From positions 32,184 through 96,183 of IMG/VR virus record IMGVR_UViG_3300018875_000004: a stretch of DNA of 64,000 nt; one strand, given 5' to 3'. Each line of letters begins with the position of its first letter. The first letter of the stretch is position 1. This document shows, one piece after another, positions 35,601-43,800 of the stretch. This stretch comes from a virus. The translations under genes and the position numbers were made by a program. The notes beneath the pieces are model-generated. The model did no database searches, was not told where the DNA came from, and was given only the letters and a program-made list of their open reading frames with translations.

Positions 35601-37809
35601 TGTTGGTTTCATGCTCGTAAGCCCCGTTGAACTTGCTCGGGTCTGGATTCTTGTAATACAGCACCGCAGATACGCCGCGCTGATCCACCAGGATGCGGCC
35701 GACACCGTTACCGTTCGCGCCAGGCTCGCGCATGAGCTGGTCTTTCTCCCAGAGGAAGGCGTAGTATTCGGTATCGCTGTTCACTCGGAACAGAATGCCG
35801 ATCACATCATCATCGTTCTGGTCGTTGACGGTGACGCATGCGGAGAAGACGTAATCGTCTTTAGACATGTGATCGCCATTATAATAGCCGCTGACCTCAA
35901 CCACGTTGTTCGTAAGCAGCAGTACATCCCGTGCCTTGTTGTATTCCCATTTGCCGCGCGTAGCGTCAGTACCGATAAACTTCCAGCCGGTAAACACGTC
36001 GATCGCTTTGGCTGTCGTCTTCTGCTCGATCGTGATGTTCTGGCAGACTTTCCACCGCCCCTTGTAGCTTTGAGATGTGATGATCTCTCCCTGCCCGCTG
36101 GCTTCCCAGGCAAAGTCCACTTCGCTCTTTTGCCGCTCCGGATAGACTGTCACCCGATGTTCGATCGGATTGTTCTTCAGCTTGACGTTGCTGCCGCTGG
36201 CTCCTGTCCATGGCGCAGTCACTGCATTCGATTTGGCTTGTGCTGGGCTGCTGCCGCTCTGGGCTACGATGCTTTCCACGGAGCCATTGTCGGCTGCTGT
36301 CTGCGTGGTGTAGAGCAGGTTGCCGCTGGCATCCTCGATTTTAAAGATAGCATCCATCGGAAGCGATGGCATGTCTATCGGCATAATCGATTCAATCAGG
36401 CTGCGTGCGTCTACGTATCCGGCTCCGATGTTGACGCCGAGGGTTTTATACTCTCCGGTGAAAGACAGCTTCTCGTGGGCCAGAAGAGCGTCTGCATTCA
36501 TCGTCCAGTCACTGACATATCCAAACGTCAGTGTGCGGTCATTGCCGACATCATCTTTGAAGGTGGCGGACAATCGGTAGTTGAATGCGTTGCGGGCTCT
36601 CGGGTCATTCATGGATCGCTGTGGTACCGTAATTTTATATCCGTCCTTATCTGGATATTCTTCGATCGCATACACTTCCTGAATGTCCTCTGCTGCCTTC
36701 AGGTCATCAGCCGTTACACGCTCGTAGGCGCCGATGCCGTTAATGACCCGCAGCTTACCGCCCTCGATCATGCCAACGTTGCCCTGGTTGGAATACAGTT
36801 CGACGGTCTTGGTTGTACTGTGCAGCTCCTCATCGGAAGCGGGCTCCTCGACGTGGTTGTAGCGCACCTTGAAGGTCTGCTCCTCATCCGTATTGTTCTG
36901 AATATAAATCTTCACCCAGTATACCTTTGGATTCTCTTCGGTGGCTTGTGCATAGATCAGGCGCTTGAACTCCGGCCCCAGCAGGTTTCCGTTCTCATCG
37001 GTCAACTGAATTTGGCTGCCGGTGTAGCGGACGACTTTCCCTGGCTCACCCGGATCGCTGTCGTAATGGTATTTCAGTTCGAATTTGTAATACAGTGCAT
37101 TGGATACGGTTGTCTCGTTCTGCAGGAACCGGCGCGTGATGTTAATGTTCTGGGATGGGAACCGGCTGTACGGTGGCCGCATGACGATCGGCTCGCTGTC
37201 AGAAGTGATGTCTACATAAGACAGGACACCATTGCCGTCCGGCACCACCAGGGATTCGATTTGATCCACGGGGATGACGTTCTCGTTGACCGAAGACGTA
37301 TCGATCAAGGACACGTTCTCATCCGCACTGATGCGCGGACTGTGGATGTAGGCCAGGTTTACGTCGCCAGTTGGCACCTGCTGCCCGACACGCAGCGACA
37401 GTTTGCCGTTCGGCAGGGAATCGTTAAACTCGAACAGATCCAGTCCGTAGCCTAGCTTCTCGTCTTGATGATAATACGCTACGGCTTTCATGCTGCCGTC
37501 TGTCGTCCGGATTCTTTTCTCCACGCCATCTTTATAAAACACGGTGGATACATCGGCATTGCCGGAACTAATAATGTATTCGCGGGAAGTAATGTTCTCG
37601 ATACGGATGCCGTACTGCTGCGCATAGTCAGTGATGGTCTGCTGGAACATGTCCTCCATCGTCTTTCCGGCTGCCAGTGTTTGGCCGATCGCCGCCTGGT
37701 TCATCGTTTCATTGAGCGCAAATCGATCGTTGTATACGAAGGTATGATTCAGGTCGGGCTGGTCTTTCACGGTGATGCTGCATAGGATGCGGTAGTAATC
37801 TTGTATCAC
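32668..37809 (-). CDS. 1713-aa baseplate/structural protein with a thrombospondin-C-like lectin domain
   Basis: NDDDVIGILFRVNSDTEYYAFLWEK motif; C-terminal DTRTRGGGL..WDIGYFDG region; GTG start after a GAGGAG RBS. Confidence 0.7.
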   Translation of the reverse strand: MIQDYYRILCSITVKDQPDLNHTFVYNDRFALNETMNQAAIGQTLAAGKTMEDMFQQTITDYAQQYGIRIENITSREYIISSGNADVSTVFYKDGVEKRIRTTDGSMKAVAYYHQDEKLGYGLDLFEFNDSLPNGKLSLRVGQQVPTGDVNLAYIHSPRISADENVSLIDTSSVNENVIPVDQIESLVVPDGNGVLSYVDITSDSEPIVMRPPYSRFPSQNINITRRFLQNETTVSNALYYKFELKYHYDSDPGEPGKVVRYTGSQIQLTDENGNLLGPEFKRLIYAQATEENPKVYWVKIYIQNNTDEEQTFKVRYNHVEEPASDEELHSTTKTVELYSNQGNVGMIEGGKLRVINGIGAYERVTADDLKAAEDIQEVYAIEEYPDKDGYKITVPQRSMNDPRARNAFNYRLSATFKDDVGNDRTLTFGYVSDWTMNADALLAHEKLSFTGEYKTLGVNIGAGYVDARSLIESIMPIDMPSLPMDAIFKIEDASGNLLYTTQTAADNGSVESIVAQSGSSPAQAKSNAVTAPWTGASGSNVKLKNNPIEHRVTVYPERQKSEVDFAWEASGQGEIITSQSYKGRWKVCQNITIEQKTTAKAIDVFTGWKFIGTDATRGKWEYNKARDVLLLTNNVVEVSGYYNGDHMSKDDYVFSACVTVNDQNDDDVIGILFRVNSDTEYYAFLWEKDQLMREPGANGNGVGRILVDQRGVSAVLYYKNPDPSKFNGAYEHETNMTTYMSNYGFKNRKKGIFKAKRSTLPPYSDALHPNCQYKSDKTKSSFENITASTNYNAKGWVPGETYKIRVVVAGSKFQVYIGNDTSDEAIGTLVCEATDTTYSKGSYGICNISQENALWSKLKFTELDVHEMCTDWTDVTLTSNDWVQVSDKKPADILNPMIEKYMQDTYGGKMPYTVTTPSVIGDPADLRAEVRNDGYIWAATNSNEAGGTISTPWKTSDNRKNITGTGKAVMRADGVMQVTLTPPNLTRDAIPSEVQNFSWSRIWVTSGEGVSIRINRDNTVSADVDIPPILPIGAPITLPAEGTDKIYKQEGMKSMGQLFGSGNILEKLGIPADVPAGEILLRIERGDAAGNNRENRVNYRWHYTWQKREYFEVDQANHGVNRMRMKSILQPGTTKVIDGLTADLVAWTTFEELESVPVLAIKIDDDKKIEIEKPKVEQANTEIDNWYVRVKNGRVKKRLILPYYEAGEKVPQLYVSYPELIAYAPTSPDERKEIIMDYTVPEYGNQEFYNQPVVLIDREHPVILNDKAIQVGFTPIALASEAGVSYLEVEAIRMNQSRKLRVSDIDAKKGIVYLHDKIRDQDEIVVWYAYVEDWYTYRGFNRDNQFFHLDLNPSPGHRFTMAKDGFHEWVPGDIPLRESYTTTEEQSNQLLVRQMHVYLRPTSIWIQQESGAQLISGTTRSQAIFHTDDAYWFEPDDYNYDPSMLRLGKVTVQANSNLKKDVVIMDTRTRGGGLDEALSKAVIAKVNRESLYHWDIGYFDGEAYQENGVIVIRLPRSVLTTFSESEVQAAVAKHKGYGILPIIEYYDPQPNDLNVLGNPEFLYGKHLDEYSASLSSGLYFINQQDLGTGDNSILQIEEGGVYGVLLSASKLDYSDYTLDIKAKKMAGAADRSAALIRYVYKNGETAEVPMAIVNSEEWMIYTADILNDGDVDSIIIQVNRDDSGSAIGGLQVDYVKMFPKFTEIEGVELIEM

Positions 37810-37838
37810 GGGTTGTCTCCTCTCGTATTCACCTATGT

Positions 37839-37869
37839 AAAAAGCAATAGGGGTTGTTACGCCCCTATT
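37839..37869 (-). terminator. Intrinsic terminator overlapping the end of the 2805-aa gene
   Basis: AATAGGGG-loop-CCCCTATT-GCTTTTT. Confidence 0.7.
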
Positions 37870-40800
37870 ACCTTCAGATAGATGAAGCTGCTTGCCGTCT
37901 CTCCGCTCATTTGATATGAAGCAGTGATGACGATGTTGCCCTGCTGCTCATCGACAGCAGAAAGGGTGAACTCCACTTGGCCATAACTGTTCGTGATGGC
38001 TTGCGATGTGGTCGTCTCGCCTTTCGTATTCCGGCAGGCAATGGTTACTTGTTCGCCGGCGATGTTCTCCCAGTTCTCGTTCCGGAGTGTAATATAGATC
38101 GTTGCCTGGTCATCCTTGCCAGCTTGGATTGCTGCCTTGCTGGTCTTCAGCTCCAGGTAATAACGATCTTGTACATTCGGTGCGTAGAAGTTCAGGAGAG
38201 CTTGGTTATTCAGGTCTTCGCAGATGATTTGATAATTGCTGATCATATCCGCCCGCGGCACTGGCTTATCGTAAACGTATACTTCACCGGCGCGGTTCGT
38301 TGGTCCGCTGTAAATCAGATTGCCGTCCCGGTACACGTCCACCGCTTTGTTCTGGATAGGGTTGTTGTACTTGTCCAGCACCTTGCCGGTCAGCAGCACT
38401 TTGCCCAGTCCATCGGAAGCCAGGGTCTTCGGTGATACGCTGATCTCAACCGATTTTGGTGTGTCCAGAATCTTATTGGTCAGGTACAGGAAGCCTTTGT
38501 GGTTGTGCGTCAGGATCGGATTCAGTGCGATTTCCTTCGCCCGGTAGTACGGACTGTAGGCGTCGCCTTCGTAGATGATTTCCATATCGGTCATCTTCTG
38601 CGGATCGTAGTTCGGGTGAAGCACGATCTTGGCCACATCGTTATCCGGGTCGTGATTGTAATCCACGAAATAGCTGTACATCAGGCTGTATTCGAAGTTC
38701 ATTATATCATGGTTTCCAACATTGTTCATGAATTGAACCGATGATTTTTCGGGATCGAATACATATTTATCTGCCGATATTGTAACGCCATTCAATTTGA
38801 CAACAAGACTGTCTTTATCGATTCCTCGATACGTCAGGAAGTATTTGCTGTAGCCGTTGCCGGTCAGCTCTTCCTTGAAGGTGAGCGTCTGCTGGATATC
38901 GATCAGCTGTCCATCTTCATTAAACACCTCTTCGTAGAATGCTGTCTTGCGCAGCAGGTTGCCCTCGTTATCTCGCACAATCAGCGGAGCGCCCTGCTGC
39001 GGCCGTGGCTGCACGAGCAGCTGGTGATCAACCGGCGTTTTGACGTGCCGGACTTTATCGGCGTACAGGTAATGTTCCTTATCTTTGAAGTAGTAATATC
39101 CGTTGTGGATCATCGGACTCCACGGCAGCGGCGTTGCTTCCTTCACTCTGGCATTGACTTTGTAGCCCAGACGCGGTGTGAAGAAGTCCGGCGAGATCAT
39201 CACCCGGCTGGTTGCCGGATTTGACCATTCTAGTTTTATGCTGGCTGCTTCTTCGTTCTCGAAGTAGTTGGCGTTGAAGTCGTACCACTTGCCGCCCTGC
39301 AGATCGATGCTGCCGGAGCTTGTGATTCCGTTCTGCAACTCCCACTTATCGATGATCATCTTCTTATCAATCCAAAGCCGGAATCCATCATCGGCTGTAG
39401 CGTAGAACGTGTACGTGCCGGACACCGGCGCATAGATGCTGCCTTTCCAGTTGATGGCGAATCCATCGTTCGGGCTGCCTTCATCGACTGGCTGAATCGG
39501 ATCGATATACGGCTCTGGTTGATCAGGGCTGTACACATCCACGGAGCTATCCGGAGACAGGTATCCGCGATTGACTTCCCGGTAATCGAGCCATGCCGGC
39601 TGCTGCGGTGTCGAGGTCGGCTTCGTCAGAACGGTTGCCGCTACTTTGGCATCATCGCTGCTGGTGGCTACACCGCCTGTCGTGAAGTGTGCCGGATAGT
39701 CGCTTCGATCGCTCTTGATGAAATACTGCAGAGAGACATCACTGCGCTGGAAGCCATGTGCGCTCAGGAATCCGGCAAGCTCGCTGCTGAAGAAATCAAT
39801 CATGCGGGCATCGTTTGCCATCATCTCTTCTGTGCGGACGGTCTCTGTCAGGCTCTTCGTCTTATCGCCACTCATCGGTTTGCGGATCGTCTCTTTCAGA
39901 ATCTTCGATACGCTGAAATCCCAGAAGTACGTCTTCGGCTGAGACATCGTAACAGGACCCCATGCACCTGCAATCAAAGCATCCGGCGCGCTATCCACAA
40001 TATCGAACTTCAGCACATCGTTCGTCCATACCTTGATGGATTGACCAACAACACGCACTTTGATCTTGTTGATCTGACTTGCGCCGAACTGCCAGTTCTC
40101 CGGCAGATGCGCCAGCTTCACCTTGTTATACGTCAGCAGAGCTGTGCCATACTGCGACGGGTTCGTGCAAATGTTTCGGTAGATGGCCATCCCTTTTGTA
40201 TCCATGCCGTTTGCATCCCACTCGAAGGAGTAGAAGTTCTTGGTGGTCGGATTGAACCGGAAGATGGCGCCGTACATATCATCGTCGCCGGAGTTGATCT
40301 CCTGCACCTTGAACTCGAATGCGTAGTCAGCCATATCGACGTGTGCTGGGTTATACCAGCCGGAACGGTAGCTTTGATTCGCCAGGTCGGTTACTTTGTC
40401 GTAGCCGGGTTCTGGCGGCCCGTGCCAATCCCCTACGTCTACTCCTACGTTCTCATCGAACTTGCTCCATACCCCCGTGAAATTGCTGGTGTCGATCACC
40501 TCAGAGGAAGGATAGCTGATTTCCATCTCGACATTCAGATCAAAGTGAATCTGGTCCGGGATGGCTGCCATCATGGTAAATGGAGATGCGGTAAGGCTTT
40601 CCGTAAACGGAGACTGCGTTCCCCAGTTGAAATTGATGAATGGATCGACGCGCTGCATCTTCACCTCGCCCAGGTAATTATCCTTTCGTGGGTCAAAGCG
40701 TTTCGTCACTCTGTAGGATTGAACGTGAACCCAATCTTTCGGCATCAGCAATCCTTTGTCGATCGTCAGCTCGCGGCCGTTCAGGCTGTACTTCGTTTCG

Positions 40801-43800
40801 TCCAGCTTCGCTCCGTTCAGATAAACTTCTGGGGAAAGCTGCGGATCATTCGCCAGATCGAACGTATTATCGATCTCACCTACGCCGTACTTAATCCGGA
40901 TGACGCCAGGCGTAACGTAGCTTCCTCTGATCTTGAAGGTCTGTCCATCAATGAAGTATCCGTTCGCTGTGCTCTCTGGAATCTCCACATCGTTCTTGCT
41001 GACGCTGAGTACTTTGTACGGCGGCACATCATACATCGGGAAGTCCGTCTGCATTGGCAGCTCGTTGATCTTCTGGCCACCCGCGTTGTAATTAACTTGG
41101 ATGACGTCTTCATTCACGATCGGTGCAGTGATAATTAAATCCTTGCCACTCATGGCGAATCCGGTAATGGCTGTGCCGTTCACTTTCACGACAACGGAAT
41201 CCGGGTCGGGAATGTAGCTGAGCGTCAGCGTCTTGCGCACGTCCGAAGCAATGTTTGTCGTCACCATGTAAGTGGTCGGCACCTGCCCCTGGTTGAATAC
41301 GCTGATCTTCCATGTGCCTTCGATCGGCAATGTGAATGTCATGACTTCGGCATGCCCCGTGTCTGCAGCATACGTATATTGTCTGCAGCTGAGTCTGTCG
41401 GCTACGGTAGCGCCGGCTGCGCTCCATGTTCCATTCATATATTTAATACCAAACTGTTCTCCGTTCGGTGCTGTCACCAGCAGGTCGGGATACTTGTTTC
41501 CGGTATCGATCATGAAGTTGGACGCAATCTTGAGGATTGGCTTTCCGGATGGCACGTACACGGTTGTTACTTCGGATTCGACCAATGCTTCGATCGTTCC
41601 CTTGACCGGCGCACTGCCGGGAATGAATGTCTCGGTTGCTGGAAGCCCTGGACGATTAACGGCCGTTACGGCTTCGTCGATGGTGAAGACCTGTTCCTTC
41701 AGTTGGAAGCTGCCGCCGACAACGAACTTCTCCAGGATGTTCTCGGTCTCCTGCGGATACCGGTAGTATGTTCCAAGCAGTCCGCTGGAGCTGCCGTCCG
41801 CTTGCTCTGTCCAGACGGAGACAAATGGATTATCACTGATAACCTCTACGGTCTCGATCGATACATTCTCATCGTAGTCATCTTGGTCATCTGGATTGAT
41901 GGCCACCGGATCACTGATGACGGTCGTCGTCTGCAAATCGGCGTGGAAACCGCGGTCATCTTGCTGCCAATTCGTATACCAGTCTGTGTACCAGACATAC
42001 GCATCCTTGAAGTCGGAGCTGAAGGATACAGTCTTCGTTCCAGCATCCACGGCGTAGTTTACGCGGTCGTCACTGACCTCGATATACGGGCCGGTGATGT
42101 TGACCATGTTGTCCGGCATGTAGACCGTATCGGTTGGCACACCCACCATGCTTGCACGTCCTGCGGAATCTCCGAAGAATGGACGCTTGCCGTTCACCTT
42201 GCCGTAGCCGATTTCTTTTCCGGTTACATACGGGATGTAGCGCGGGTCCTCATCACACTTCACGACAACGCGGTCGTTCTGACGGTCGGTCTTGATAATC
42301 GGTTTACCTGTCAGCTGATTGACTGGCAAGCTGCCGCTGCGGGTTGTAACCCCCGGCTGGCTTTCCCAATACATCCAGGTAAATGTCTGCTTTCCGATCG
42401 GCTCTTTATACAAGAGGTAATGGACATTATCGTAAACGGCTGGCATCGGCGTATTCAGGTACGGCTCGATGTAATGCTCATGGTTTGGTGGAATCTCCAC
42501 ATAGCTGTCTTCCTCGCTGTTGACGATTCCTTCGTTGTGGATGTCGGCCGGGAACGTGCCTTTATACCATTCGGTCGTCTTCAGCATCAGCACGTCCGAT
42601 GGATCATGGTGAACATTGACTGCGCCACTGGTCTGCCACTTCCAAGCATCATACTTCGGATTAACGGTACCGGCATTGTCATGGAAGGTCAGCGTATACG
42701 TTGCCCACTTGCCGCCTACAAAGTCGGTCAGCGGCTGCCCTACAACCCAGCCTTCGTAAGCAAAGACGTTATGCTCGTAATCTTTCTGGATGGTGGCAAT
42801 CTCCGGTTCGCTTTCCCACATCAGCAGCCGTTCCTGGGTGAAGTCCTTCTCTGCATCGCTTGGGTCTGGCTTCACAAGTGTAAAGGTCGGCACTACGCTG
42901 CTGGCAGACATTTCAGGATGATCGCTCTTGAACTTGGCCAGTTCCGTCTTGAAGAACTCTTTCGCATTGGTGTAGACCTCAGCTGCGCTGTTCAGGTCGA
43001 AGTTGTCCGGCGTGATGTTGATCTGGCCGCTCTTCGTGAACTTGGCTGTGATAGGCTCTCCGGCGTTCGCTGGGTTATTGGATTTAACCACGACAGCGCC
43101 TGTGACGGTTGCTGTGATGCTGCCGGCAGAACTGTCCGTGACTTCACCGGATACCTCCGTGATCTCGTACTTCTGCGAAGGGCTGCTGAGCTTGGCAATA
43201 ACCTTACTCTTTACATACTCCTTACCAGACGAAGAGATCGTCTTCGTGCCGATGCCGCTGTAGGAATCATAACCGGTCTCTGGAACGCGTCCTTCGATTT
43301 CCTTCCACTCTCGAACCCGGATACCGTGGAATTGCACAGCTTGGGAGATGTTACACATGCCGAAGCTTCCCTGTTCCCATTCTGCATCAAACTCAAAGAT
43401 TTTGGTGTAGTTGTCGGTCAGGTTATGGCGAACATAAAGCTCAACGTGTTTGCCCATAGAACGAACCATCATGCTTTGCTTCACATTGAAGTCCCATCCG
43501 TTGCCGCCGCCAAGGTCGGTTACATTCACACGCTTCATAACACCATTGGTGACTTTGTATATCCGTCTGTGCTGCGTCTTCCAACCCATGCTCTGGCTGT
43601 AAATGCGCCACTGTGTTTCGTTGCTTGAGTAGGTCGCACCGCGAACAGAAAGGGCATCCCATTGTTCAGGTGTGCCGGTATAGATGTTGAATCCATCCAG
43701 GTTGTCGCCAGCTCGGTTGGAGTTCTTCGCCCGCTCCTGGTTCTCGATCAGCATCATGTAGAAGTTTCGCGTATCCTTCGCTTTGAAGATGAGTCCAATC

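Noticed and set aside
33205-43628. Long plus-strand ORFs (e.g. 650 aa at 35503, 539 aa at 39519, 758 aa at 41352)
   Set aside because: They are antisense shadows of long minus-strand genes with biased codon usage, and show no RBS or recognisable motifs. The same applies to the other plus-strand ORFs.
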